35,110 nt of DNA from Octopus bimaculoides (Eukaryota), in the NCBI RefSeq assembly GCF_001194135.2, contig NC_068998.1, positions 52,381,480-52,416,589 on the forward strand, read 5' to 3'. The notes under the pieces are model-generated. The model saw nothing but the letters and a program-made list of their open reading frames with translations. It was not told the DNA's origin and did not search any database. Position 1 is the stretch's first letter. Each line of letters opens with the position of its first letter. Position numbers and translations under genes: made by a program. Of the stretch, positions 22,990 through 34,909 are shown piece by piece.

Positions 22990-23140
22990 CTCTGTTATTC
23001 TTCTACTGGCTTCAGTCATGAGACTGCGGCCATACTGGAACACCGCCTTCTTCAGTGAATTGGTCAAACAAATCGAACCCAGTACATACCTTAAGTCTGG
23101 TACTTATTGCCAAACGGTGGACAAACACAAAGACGTACTG
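22990..23140 (-). mobile_element. SINE module B fragment
   Basis: ttcagtcatgagactgcggccatactggaacaccgcc...aaatcgaacccagtac...ggtacttatt. Confidence 0.8.
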
Positions 23141-23284
23141 CGCACTCACAGCGTAAAGATATGCAACTAAATATAGTCCGTACAAGAAATTGTTCGCAAG
23201 ATCCACTGATTCTACCAATTCACTGCCATTTTGGTGTTTATGATACATTGATGTATGTAATCTGAAGTGTGGCAGAGGTTACAA

Positions 23285-23400
23285 TGACTCCAGGGGAGGG
23301 GGGAATAGTATCATTAAATCAACTCCGTATATAACTGGTATGTATTTTATCGACCCTGCTGGGTGGAAGCTAAAGCCGGCTTTGGCAGGAAATCGAATTG
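23285..23400 (-). mobile_element. SINE family C, degenerate
   Basis: ggggagggggg...aactggtatgtattttatcgaccct...aaagccggctttggcagg. Confidence 0.6.
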
Positions 23401-24389
23401 AGAAAGTGTTTAAGAATTCAGGACTGAGATACAGAATTTGTTTCTTTAAAAAACTGACACAGAAAATGTAGTTCTAATTATGCATAAAGACGTGATGGTC
23501 ACCGTTAGACCACATTTTGCCAAAGATCTGCTCTGTCGGGCCTAACCTAGGGGTAAAGCAACCTTATAACCAACACTAACAAACGGTGTCAACGGAGACT
23601 TTTAAAGAGAGAATGTGAATGTGTTACTAAGCAGCCATCTGAAGTATTAGAAATAGCAGTCAAATCTCTTTCAACTATCTTAAAAAAACAAAATAACAAA
23701 AAGGAATGACACATTATGGAGGAAACTAAATACTACACATTCCACCATTTTTTCCCGTCGTTCTGTTCACTTTACCAGATTCACCGCCATTCTTAATGCT
23801 TATAACACATCGCTGTATATAACATAAATATATAAATACGATGAAGTGAAGTCTCGTAGATAGAAATAAATGTACAACGCTACACTTGCTTTTCTCCATG
23901 TGAGAAGACAAGGCTTTATTATATGCTGATGACACCTCGACAAGCCGTTGCCAATATCAGTCGTACAAACGTCTCGCGGGTGTACAATAACGTCGGATTT
24001 TTTTTTTTCTTTCTTCTATGCATTTATCCTGATCAAATATGAGCGAAAGCTGCACTCCTATTGATGTCCAGTGCAATTTGGTAATGATCACACTTACAAA
24101 TCGATTTTTTTTTTTGCTCTCACACAACAAACAAAGGTCATACAGACAATCATATCACATTTTACCCCTCCTTTGAAGGCTATCTCTGTTTCTCTGTTTC
24201 TCTGGTTCTTCGTTCTGTCGTCTGACAGTTCTGATTAGGTAGGTCGGTTGTTTGCTAATGGATGTGTTAATGAGCGTCTTTTCAAGCAATTCAGAGCAAA
24301 GTAACCACACGGCCAAACCGCCCACCACCATCATCACCACCACCGCTGTCGTCGCTGCCACCATCTCACACACTAAACCTGTCCTGTTG

Positions 24390-25285
24390 TCGGTGAATTG
24401 GCAAAGTTGATAGAACATACGGTAGCAAATGGTTTCTGGAATTTGCTGCGGCTCTGGAAGTTCAAGTCTCACCGCTGTCAACTCTTGACTTTGCTACGAT
24501 AAAGAAAGCACAAATCTATTTATTTTTATCGTAAACAAAAAACGCTGTCGTTGCTACCAACGGATATAGTGATCCGGGTTCGATTTTTCAGTTGCTGCAT
24601 ATTCCTGCGACAATTTCAATCAGCGATTTGGCAAAACTGATTAAAGGCAGAAATACATTGCAAAATTGGTTCCTGCAATCTAAGTTCAAATCCCGCCGTT
24701 GTTATATTTTGCCTTTAAGCAGTAAATCGGCAGAAATATCATGCAGTGTTTTTTTTTTTTTTTTTTCTGTAATCTGTTCTCAACGCTCTGAGTTCAAACT
24801 CCGCTGACGTCGACTTTTGACTTCCAGTAGTGATTCGACAACACTGATAAAAGGTGACCAGAATTATCCTGCGGCATTTTGCTGCAGTTCTCTACGCGCC
24901 AAGTTCAAATCCCATCATAGCCAACTTTTGATTTTAAGTGATGATTTAACAAATTTATCCGAGCCTAAAATGAAATATTTTGCTGCCATAATTTCAGCTC
25001 TCTGCGAGCTGCGTTCAAATCCTGCCCGTGCTAGTTTTTGCTTTGACGCAGCGATCTGGACAAAACTGATAAAATGTAGCAATTTTATCTTGCAGAATTT
25101 TGTTGCGGGTCTCCGCGTTCTGAGTTCAAATCTCGCTAAAGTCAACTCTTACTTTTTATGTTTTCGGGGTCGATAAAATAGGGAGCCAATCCAGGATGGT
25201 TGAACTGATGGAATTGTAAGAAACATAGATAAGATGCCTTGCGGCATTTGTTCCGGCGGCTCTTCACGTTCTGAGTTCTCCAGGA
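24390..25285 (+). repeat. Tandem array of ~110-bp diverged family C SINE heads (A-box/B-box units), 7-8 copies
   Basis: GTTCRA B-box cores at 24460, 24578, 24684, 24792, 24903, 25013 and 25124 (spacing 118, 106, 108, 111, 110, 111), plus a partial unit at 25275. The unit ending near 25180 continues into the normal C core ttttcggggtcgataaaat. Confidence 0.75.
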
Positions 25286-25629
25286 CAGTAGACTTAATCT
25301 CCCACCTTTTTAACAACCCCGTCGTTACCACCATCATTAGGCCCCTCTGGTGGAGTTACTTCTGTTTAAAGCATTCCGATGCGGTTTCTGGTTTGAGAAT
25401 AACATTTTTCCTTAACCAGTCTCAGAGGCTCTCAAAAGAAAGAAAGACAGAAACAAAGAAAGCAAGAATAAACAGTCAACGGCGCTGCTTTTCCTTTCCT
25501 TACGAAATGGTAAAATAGATTTTTGAATAAAATAAGGCACCAACCAAATAAAATTGAAGGTTCAAACGATTGTAGCCTCACCCAGCCTTGTGGGAGTCTT
25601 ATGTCTTGGTTATAAAGCAACTATTTCCC

Positions 25630-25835
25630 ATCGTCATCATCGTCATCATCGCTGTTATCATCTTCGTCATTGTCATCATCATTATAGTCATCATTGTCAT
25701 CATCGTCATCTTCATCGTCATCCTCGTCATCACCACCACCAACGCCACATCACCATCACAATTACACCCACCATCCCTACCACTGCTGCCTCGATCATCA
25801 TCACCATCATAATCATTACCATCGTCAACGCCAAC
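25630..25835. repeat. Degenerate (CAT)n triplet repeat
   Basis: Direct reading. The His-rich and Ile-rich ORFs here are artefacts. Confidence 0.9.
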
Positions 25836-26351
25836 CGCCCCACGACCGTTAATTATTAATTACCTTTTGTTTTACTACCTTCCATGTTGTGATCTAATTA
25901 GTTGTTTACTGACTTTGCTTTGTATTACCGACAGGGGGGAGTGGTGTGAGGAAGTGCAGAAGCAATAACATCACCCTCGCTCTCATCACCTCACTCTCTT
26001 TCACTCTCTCTTTGTCTCTCTGTCTGTCCGTTTGTCCGTCTGTCCCTCTCCTACCTGTTTTTCCTTACCTGTCTCTTTCTGTCTTTCTCGCCTTGTTTCT
26101 TTGTTCGTCTCTTCTTCCCTCTCTCCCTCTCTCTTTCTCTCTGTCTTTCACACACACACTATCTTTCTTTTCTACACTTCTCTCCTCTCTCTATCTCTCT
26201 CTCCCTCCCTCTCTCATTTACAGACGTTTTGCGTTTCGTTTCTCACGACACTTCAATCTGTTTAACAAGCATACATACATACACACACACATACACACGT
26301 ACATACACACATACATCCCTGCATGTGCACACACACACACACACACACACA

Positions 26352-26660
26352 AATGGCACATCGTCAGTTACGACGACATGGTTTCCAGTTGATCCGATCA
26401 ACGGAACAGCTTGCTTGTGAAATTAACGTGGCAAGTGGCTGAGTGTTCCACAGACATGCGTACTCTTAACGTAGTTCTCAAGGAGATTCAGTGTGATGCA
26501 GAGTGTGACAAGGCTAGCCCTTTCGAATTACAGGTACTATTCATTTTTGCCAGCGGAGTAGACTGGAGCAACGTAAAATAAAGGGTCTCGCTTAAGGACA
26601 AAATGCATTGCTGGGAATTGAACTCACGACCTTATGATTGTGAGCAAGAACCCGACACCC
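26352..26660 (-). mobile_element. SINE family D, near full-length (tRNA-like head plus shared tail)
   Basis: The minus strand reads gctcacaatcataaggtcgtgagttcaattccc (B-box) ... tgtccttaagcgagacc ... then the tail shared with 18189 and 32205. Confidence 0.9.
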
Positions 26661-27719
26661 ACGCTCTTGTCAAGCTTTGCTTTGAACATGTCTTTTTATC
26701 GGGGCAAACGCCCTTTATCCTGTCCTTGTTCTTCCCAAAATTCCGGCAGCCATGTCGCGGTGAATATGCACTGTGTACTCCAGCTGGACGGACTTAGCAC
26801 GTGATTACGAAACGAAGAATTGGAAAAAAAAGCAAAAGATGAGTATCGAAGATGTGAGAAACAAATTTGTTTATTTCTCAAACATTCAGTTCGATCAAAA
26901 TGAATGAGTTTATATTGGCAGATAAGCAAATAAGCGCCCCATTAATTGTATTGTCACGGAAAGAATAGCAAACAATTTGTTATTATTGTAAGTATTATTT
27001 ACATTGGGATATGCGTGTATATGCATGTATATATATATATATATNNNNNNNNNNNNNNNNNNNNNNNNNNNNNNNNNNNNNNNNNNNNNNNNNNNNNNNN
27101 NNNNNNNNNNNNNNNNNNNNNNNNNNNNNNNNNNNNNNNNNNNNNNNNNNNNNNNNNNNNNNNNNNNNNNNNNNNNNNNNNNNNNNNNNNNNNNNNNNNN
27201 NNNNNNNNNNNNNNNNNNNNNNNNNNNNNNNNNNNNNNNNNNNNNNNNNNNNNNNNNNNNNNNNNNNNNNNNNNNNNNNNNNNNNNNNNNNNNNNNNNNN
27301 NNNNNNNNNNNNNNNNNNNNNNNNNNNNNNNNNNNNNNNNNNNNNNNNNNNNNNNNNNNNNNNNNNNNNNNNNNNNNNNNNNNNNNNNNNNNNNNNNNNN
27401 NNNNNNNNNNNNNNNNNNNNNNNNNNNNNNNNNNNNNNNNNNNNNNNNNNNNNNNNNNNNNNNNNNNNNNNNNNNNNNNNNNNNNNNNNNNNNNNNNNNN
27501 NNNNNNNNNNNNNNNNNNNNNNNNNNNNNNNNNNNNNNNNNNNNNNNNNNNNNNNNNNNNNNNNNNNNNNNNNNNNNNNNNNNNNNNNNNNNNNNNNNNN
27601 NNNNNNNNNNNNNNNNNNNNNNNNNNATATATATATATATATATATATACATACATACATATGAATCTATACGTGGGTAGACATGTATGTATGTATGTAC
27701 AAATGCATCGATGAGCCCG

Positions 27720-27815
27720 GGGTTGTGATTAAAGGCACTTGCTGGATTTGCTGCACCGTTAGATTGAACCAGAAACCACGCGATTGCGAAGCGAGCTTTT
27801 TAACCTCACGGCCAT
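27720..27815 (-). mobile_element. SINE family A head, highly degenerate
   Basis: ggcacttgc...gattgaaccagaaaccacgcgattgcgaagcgagctttttaacctcacggcc. Confidence 0.55.
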
Positions 27816-27900
27816 GCTGGTGCCTACATCGAATTTCTTTTGTAAAGGATGGACCCTATTTTGAATAGAATTCATGGTAATGCCATCCAAAGCAATTTCC

Positions 27901-28280
27901 TTTTACTTGGTTGGTTCAGTGATTGGTCTGGGCCCATGCTGGAGCACCGCCTCGGAGAATTTTTAACCAAATGAATCGACCCCAGTATTTTTTTTTTACC
28001 AGGTTACTTATTCTATCGGGCGTTTTTACCGAATCGCTAAGTTACAGGGACGTAAACACACCGACACTAGTTGTCACTCAAAGGAGGGGGACAAACACAC
28101 ACATACACACACACACACACACAGAGAGTTACGACGGGCTTCTTCCTGTTTCGGTCTACTAAATCTACTCCCAAGGCTTTCGTCGTCCGCCGTAAGTTTA
28201 TTACAGAAGTCACTTGCCTAAGTTGCCACGCAGCGGGATTGAACCCGGCACCATGTGGTTAGGATGCAAGCTTCTTACTT
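27901..28280 (-). mobile_element. Composite SINE A-(CA)n-B
   Basis: B: ccatgctggagcaccgcc...atcgaccccag...cgctaagttacagggacgtaaacacacc. (CA)n. A: acgacgggcttcttcctgtttcggtctac...gccacgcagcgggattgaacccggcaccatgtggtt. Confidence 0.88.
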
Positions 28281-29053
28281 CATTAAAGAAAAAGAAAGGT
28301 AGACTCTTTGATGTTTTGGGTTCCAATCCAGCACAGGTCGAAGCTTCATTTCAACCGTTCGATCTCGGTAAAACAACCACCCAATCAAATATTAGAATTG
28401 ATGCGATTGACTTAATCGATTGTTCGCTCCGCCCCTCCCCGCTTTGCATAATTAGAAATCATTGAATTACGTCCTTCTATATTTCGAAATTTAATTACTT
28501 GGCAAGATAGACGTTAATGACGGACATTAAAATAAATACCAGTAATATAGTTGGGTCGTTTTACTCACTAATGAACCCCCCCCCCATTCCTCTCCCCTTA
28601 CGTCTCCTCCTCTACCCCCATCGTTGCTCTCAGCAACATCAATAGCAGCAATNNNNNNNNNNNNNNNNNNNNNNNNNNNNNNNNNNNNNNNNNNNNNNNN
28701 NNNNNNNNNNNNNNNNNNNNNNNNNNNNNNNNNNNNNNNNNNNNNNNNNNNNNNNNNNNNNNNNNNNNNNNNNNNNNNNNNNNNNNNNNNNNNNNNNNNN
28801 NNNNNNNNNNNNNNNNNNNNNNNNNNNNNNNNNNNNNNNNNNNNNNNNNNNNNNNNNNNNNNNNNNNNNNNNNNNNNNNNNNNNNNNNNNNNNNNNNNNN
28901 NNNNNNNNNNNNNNNNNNNNNNNNNNNNNNNNNNNNNNNNNNNNNNNNNNNNNNNNNNNNNNNNNNNNNNNNNNNNNNNNNNNNNNNNNNNNNNNNNNNN
29001 NNNNNNNNNNNNNNNNNNNNNNNNNNNNNNNNNNNNNNNNNNNNNNNNNNNNN

Positions 29054-29093
29054 GAGAGAGAGAGAGAACAGAGGGAGAGAGAGAGAGAGAACA

Positions 29094-29130
<37 letters not shown>

Positions 29131-29460
29131 GCACAAAGAGAGAGACACAAAGAGAGAGAGAGAGAAGAGAGAGAGAGAACAGAGAGACAGACAGACAAAA
29201 GACAGAGTGATGGAAGAAAAGAAAGAGAGGGAGTGGAGAGGGAGAGTGAGAGAGTTGCAGTGAGAGGGAAAAGAGATGGAGAGAAAGAGAGAGAGGTGGA
29301 GTGGAGGACAGATAGAGTGAAACAGAGAAATAGAAGTAGAGAGTTAGAGAGAGCAGGAGGGAGAGTTAGATATATATATATATAGAGAGAGAGGGAGAGA
29401 ACGGGAGAGAGGAAGGAAAGAGACAGGGAGAAAGAGAGGAGGAGGAGGAGGGATAGGGAG
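29054..29460. repeat. Degenerate (GA)n polypurine tract
   Basis: Direct reading of the sequence. Confidence 0.92.
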
Positions 29461-29948
29461 ATGTTCAGCCAAATACACACGGCCGCACTGAGACACACAC
29501 ATGGAGTCACCCTCAAACCCACACATCTAAAACGAAAGAAATAAAAAAGGCCCAACAATTTGTATTATAATTTATCATAATTCAATTACCTGTTTGATTT
29601 ATACATTTTTACAGTTAAACGACATTACCACCACCACCACCAACACCACCATTACCACCTTCACCAACACTACTACCACCACCACCTCCAGCATCACCAC
29701 ACTCAACCCCGCTGCACATCACACAAACTTCCAACAACACACGAATAATGTAGGCCGAGGTAATCTCTATTCTATTCAAATGTTTCCAGTTCATGAAATG
29801 AGACGACTGGGCGTGGCTATGTAGGCACTGGCAATTAGGCGCGGCTGTTTGGACATTCAGCCTGTTTTAGCGGCAGTGCGTTTTGGCAATGGTGGCAAGC
29901 AAGCAGACACACAGACATGCAGGCGAGCGCAAAAATATAGACATATAG

Positions 29949-29999
<51 letters not shown>

Positions 30000-30644
30000 G
30001 AGTGACAGAGAAAGATGGAGAAAGACATTACACATACATACAAGCACAACTAGCCGCTCACATGCAGAGAGAGAGAGAGAGGGGGGAGAGAGAGAGNNNN
30101 NNNNNNNNNNNNNNNNNNNNNNNNNNNNNNNNNNNNNNNNNNNNNNNNNNNNNNNNNNNNNNNNNNNNNNNNNNNNNNNNNNNNNNNNNNNNNNNNNNNN
30201 NNNNNNNNNNNNNNNNNNNNNNNNNNNNNNNNNNNNNNNNNNNNNNNNNNNNNNNNNNNNNNNNNNNNNNNNNNNNNNNNNNNNNNNNNNNNNNNNNGGG
30301 GAGAGAGAGGGAGAGAGAGGGAGAGAGAGAGGGGGGGGAGAAAACTGAGCCGAGAGAGAACAAACGAGATACTAAAAGGAGAGAATCATTGAAATGGCTG
30401 ATGTCAAATATAAGCCGACGTCGAATCAGAAGCGCCACACAGGCGGCGCCAACACGGCTGTGCTAAAATACGTCTCACCTTCCAGTTCACTTCTGGGCGA
30501 AAATCTCAGCATCACGTTAGCAGCTTATATATGATGTCTGTAGCTTTATCTGGCCACACTGGCCAGTTGTTGGCCAGCAGTGTCCAGAGACGGAACGACG
30601 GCTTTCTTCAACCATCTTGGACATCTGTGGTTGATATCCTTACC

Positions 30645-30715
30645 AGAGGGTTGTGTCCTTGCTCAAGGACACACGCTCCGCCCAGTCCAGGAGTCTAACT
30701 CATAGACCTCAGGCC
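30645..30715 (-). mobile_element. Family D head remnant
   Basis: gtgtccttgctcaaggacac...aggagtctaactcatagacc resembles the reverse head at 26580-26635. Confidence 0.5.
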
Positions 30716-30947
30716 ATCGTGGGTCTTACTAGTAATTCTTCATGGATGGGCTTCCTCTCGTAGCTGGGTGAAAATTCCTGTTTCCAGAGTTCGATTCCAA
30801 CGAATAGCTTTCGGTATTTTCCCATCTAAGGTTTTTGTTTCTTTTTAATTCAATAATCTACATGCTAATATAGCTTTATCTTTTTCAAATTCCATCGTAC
30901 ACACACACACACGCACATATACATGTATGTATGTTTGTATGTAATAT

Positions 30948-31097
30948 ACGACGGGGTTCTTTCAGTTTCCTTCTACCAAATCCACTTTCAAGGCTTTGGT
31001 CGGTCTGAAGCTATGATAGAAGACACTTGCCCAAGGTGGGGCAGAACCGGGAACAATGTGGTTGGGAAGCAAACTTGTTACCACACAGCTACGTCTA
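30948..31097 (-). mobile_element. SINE family A
   Basis: acgacggggttctttcagtttccttctaccaaatccact..caaggctttggtcgg..agaagacacttgcccaagg..atgtggttgggaagcaaacttgttaccacacagc. Confidence 0.9.
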
Positions 31098-31922
31098 CCC
31101 CACCTCTCTCTCTCTCTCTCACTGTATATATACATACATATATATATATATANNNNNNNNNNNNNNNNNNNNNNNNNNNNNNNNNNNNNNNNNNNNNNNN
31201 NNNNNNNNNNNNNNNNNNNNNNNNNNNNNNNNNNNNNNNNNNNNNNNNNNNNNNNNNNNNNNNNNNNNNNNNNNNNNNNNNNNNNNNNNNNNNNNNNNNN
31301 NNNNNNNNNNNNNNNNNNNNNNNNNNNNNNNNNNNNNNNNNNNNNNNNNNNNNNNNNNNNNNNNNNNNNNNNNNNNNNNNNNNNNNNNNNNNNNNNNNNN
31401 NNNNNNNNNNNNNNNNNNNNNNNNNNNNNNNNNNNNNNNNNNNNNNNNNNNNNNNNNNNNNNNNNNNNNNNNNNNNNNNNNNNNNNNNNNNNNNNNNNNN
31501 NNNNNNNNNNNNNNNNNNNNNNNNNNNNNNNNNNNATATATACATAAGGGCATAACTATACAAGAATGCTTATGAAGTATTCTTCCTTTGGCTTTCATAG
31601 TTAATCAATATTATCTAATATTTTGTAAAAAGGGATTATGTCAATATTCTTTCGCCATTGTTTATCATATGAGGTGTTGACTATTTTCAGTTTAGTTTCG
31701 GATTTAGAACTCTTTTCAAACATTCCTCATTTGCCTTTCATAATTGATCTTTTTCATCGTTTATTTTGTAAAATGGGAATACTTCACATTTTCCATTTGC
31801 ACAAATATTTAGATGTTCACTGCCTTGGACATTCCAAAGAGATGAATCCCTAATACATACATACATACATGTACAAAAACACCTATGTGTTTATGTACCT
31901 GTCAGCGTTTTTTACGTAGGAA

Positions 31923-32130
31923 AGGCGGTGAGCTGGCAGAAGCGTTAGCACGCCGAGCGAAATGTTTAGCGGTATTTCGGTTGTCTTTTCGACCTGAGTT
32001 CAAATTCCGCCGAGGTTGACTTTATTTTTTAGGGGTCGATAAATTAAGTACCAGTTGCGTACTGGGTCGAGTTAATCGACTGGCCCCCTCCCCCAAAATT
32101 TTGCGCCTTGTGCCTAGAGTGAAAAAGAAT
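31923..32130 (+). mobile_element. SINE family C, full-length reference-like copy
   Basis: ggcggtgagcTGGCAGAAGCG (A-box)...gaGTTCAAATTcc (B-box)...ggggtcgataaattaagtaccag...taatcgactggccccctcccccaaaatttt..ccttgtgcctagagtgaaaaagaat. Confidence 0.92.
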
Positions 32131-32199
32131 ATATATTTGTGTGTGTACATAAATGTGTATGTGTGTGTACCAATAGATTCGAGAGGATTTTATATCGTC

Positions 32200-32576
32200 G
32201 TTGTGGTACTCCGTCGGTTGCGACGGCGCGTGTTCCAGTTGATCGATCAACGGAACAATCTGCTCGTGAAATTGACGTGCAAGTGGCTGAGTACTCCACA
32301 GACACATGTACCCTTAATGTAGTTCTCGGGGAGATTCAGCTTGACACAGAGTGTGATAAGGCTTGCCCCTTTGAAATACAGATACAACAGAAACAAGAAG
32401 AAAGAGTGAGAGAAAATTGTGGCAAAAGAGTACAATAGGGAGTCGCTACCATCCCTTGCCGGAGCCGCGTGGAGTGTAGGTGTTTTCGCTCAATAAACAT
32501 TCACAATGCCAGCTCTGCGAATCGAAACCGCGATCCTACGACCGCGAGTCCACTGCCCTAACCATTGCGCCTCCAC
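32200..32576 (-). mobile_element. SINE family E (different tRNA-like head, tail shared with D)
   Basis: The minus strand reads gtggaggcgcaatggttagggcagtggactcgcggtcgtaggatcgcggtttcgattc (A/B boxes). The tail 32205-32385 aligns with 26355-26537. Confidence 0.88.
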
Positions 32577-33944
32577 GGATTTTACGTCGTAACTATGTGA
32601 GTATTGTTTACGACTCCCTGCAACACATACATCATCCATTCGCCCATTCACTCTCTAGCATTTCATAGATTAGTTTTTTTTATTGTTATTTTACTGTTTT
32701 TATATATCATTTCGTATCAATATAATATTACTGTACTTCTTTTTCTTTTTCTTTTTCTCTTTTCTTTTTTCTTTCCTTGGTCTGTAAATAAGACAATTGT
32801 TGTTGTTGTTGTTGTTGTTGTTTGTGGTGTTGGCGTTTGTGGTGGCGGTGGTGGTTTTACTCTTATTATTGCTCCTTATGTTTTTACTGCAGTTGTTTTG
32901 GAGGTTGTCCTACTTATTGTTGTTTTTATTTAACCCCCATATTAGCCCTGAGCACGCAGATTGCCTATGATCACGGGCAATCTAACTATGACCCTCTCGC
33001 CTAATATTTATAGACAGTGAGCTTATGTATATGTATGTGTGGTGCTTATATCTCTCTACCTATCTACCTACCTACCTACCTATCTATGTACCTGTATATA
33101 TATNNNNNNNNNNNNNNNNNNNNNNNNNNNNNNNNNNNNNNNNNNNNNNNNNNNNNNNNNNNNNNNNNNNNNNNNNNNNNNNNNNNNNNNNNNNNNNNNN
33201 NNNNNNNNNNNNNNNNNNNNNNNNNNNNNNNNNNNNNNNNNNNNNNNNNNNNNNNNNNNNNNNNNNNNNNNNNNNNNNNNNNNNNNNNNNNNNNNNNNNN
33301 NNNNNNNNNNNNNNNNNNNNNNNNNNNNNNNNNNNNNNNNNNNNNNNNNNNNNNNNNNNNNNNNNNNNNNNNNNNNNNNNNNNNNNNNNNNNNNNNNNNN
33401 NNNNNNNNNNNNNNNNNNNNNNNNNNNNNNNNNNNNNNNNNNNNNNNNNNNNNNNNNNNNNNNNNNNNNNNNNNNNNNNNNNNNNNNNNNNNNNNNNNNN
33501 NNNNNNNNNNNNNNNNNNNNNNNNNNNNNNNNNNNNNNNNNNNNNNNNNNNNNNNNNNNNNNNNNNNNNNNNNNNNNNNNNNNNNNNNNNNNNNNNNNNN
33601 NNNNNNNNNNNNNNNNNNNNNNNNNNNNNNNNNNNNNNNNNNNNNNNNNNNNNNNNNNNNNNNNNNNNNNNNNNNNNNNNNNNNNNNNNNNNNNNNNNNN
33701 NNNNNNNNNNNNNNNNNNNNNNNNNNNNNACAGAACAGTCTTAACACTGGCTACAAGTCATTAATCTTCGTATTAGGAGAGCTTAGTGAGGGTGAGGGAG
33801 GGAAGTGGGGGAAAGGGAGGAATTGTGTATGTGTGTGTGTGGGGGGGTGTAGTGAGAAGATAGGCGAGGCAGAGTAGGGAATGATAGGGAGGGGTGGAGA
33901 ATGATAGAGAGAAAGAAAGGAAAGAAACAGACATACATGCCTAT

Positions 33945-33952
33945 AGATAGAC

Positions 33953-34003
<51 letters not shown>

Positions 34004-34115
34004 CAGACAAATAGACGGATGGACGGACGGACGGACAAACGGACTGAGGGATGGAGAGGTAGACAGTCACATAGACAGACAGACAGATGGATTGATAAAT
34101 AGATAGATAGATCCG
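33945..34115. repeat. (GATA)n/(GACA)n/(GGAC)n compound repeat
   Basis: Direct reading of the sequence. Confidence 0.92.
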
Positions 34116-34614
34116 ATCCAGCCCAACCCAGCAAAGATAAAATTTCTGGTAGAATGGTAAGTCGGGAGAAAGAGATCGACATATACGGTGAGGTACCAGA
34201 CTGGAAAATGTGCCTCGCCATTTCCTCCCATCTCGTTTATATAAAAGGCATACAAATAGTATGTAAGTCTACACGTTGTAGATTTATAAACTTCTGTGCT
34301 AGAAAATACGATACTTGCACTCAGATACAATGACACGAACACGCACATATGTATCAAGGAGTATATTGTTTTGTGGGTTAAGTCTGAAGAAAAGCAGCTC
34401 GTACGCGTCTCTCCTTTTTTTTTTTTTTTTAGGGCTTTCAAGACAGATTGATGAAAATATCGGAATTTCCTCAAAATAGTGACCAGGTCTGAATGCTTAT
34501 AAGATTGGACACAGCTCAAACCACACAAGAGCCATGTGCTAAATTAATTAGGAATGTGCTAAATTAATTAAGAAGAATTAATTCTAATATTAAAATAAAA
34601 ACCAAAAGTGCAAA

Positions 34615-34770
34615 ATGCTTGGGGAGTCGACTTCATCTTTTATCCTTCCAGGTTTGATAAAATAAGCACCAGTTGAGCATTGGAGGTCGGTTGGTGTAAT
34701 CGACTTACCCCAGCCCCACTCTCCCGCCCGCAAAATTCTGGCCTTGTGCTAAAGTTTGAAACCAATATTG
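34615..34770 (+). mobile_element. SINE family C core and tail
   Basis: gtcgacttcatcttttatccttccaggtttgataaaataagcaccagttgagcat...taatcgactt...aaaattctggccttgtgct. Confidence 0.8.
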
Positions 34771-34909
34771 AAATGCAAGACTGAGTTAGGTTCAGAGAAA
34801 GATGTGGACGCAATTTACTTCGATTTAATTTCTCTCAAAAAAAAAAAAAAAAGGAAAAAACAATGCTTAGTGTGGCTCGAAGATATTTATTTCGTCGATG
34901 TCGAGTGTG

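Noticed and set aside
24092-24250. Possible minus-strand non-coding exon ending at a GTAAGT donor (24097)
   Set aside because: GTAAGT hexamers occur several times by chance in the window, and the exon-side bases (TTT) are poor.
24817-25176. Overlapping ORFs of 119 and 76 aa
   Set aside because: They fall entirely within the SINE-head tandem array and show no protein-like features.
24390-25285. CRISPR-like repeat/spacer array
   Set aside because: Eukaryotic context, repeats are degenerate homologous full units (no unique spacers between identical repeats), and there are no cas genes.
30646-30671. Inverted repeat tgtgtccttg-ct-caaggacaca
   Set aside because: Explained by the naturally quasi-palindromic gtgtcttgctcaaggacac segment of the family D SINE.
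31923-32576. tRNA genes in the A-box/B-box-containing heads
   Set aside because: No acceptor stem or full cloverleaf, and they continue into SINE bodies; they are SINE heads, not tRNA genes.
34130-34335. 59-aa plus-strand frame MVSREKEIDIYGEVPDWKMC...
   Set aside because: Multiple conflicting donor-like sites and no homology recognised.
34534-34570. 20-bp tandem duplication atgtgctaaattaatta x2 with TAATTA homeodomain-like sites
   Set aside because: Simple local slippage in AT-rich DNA with no further support.
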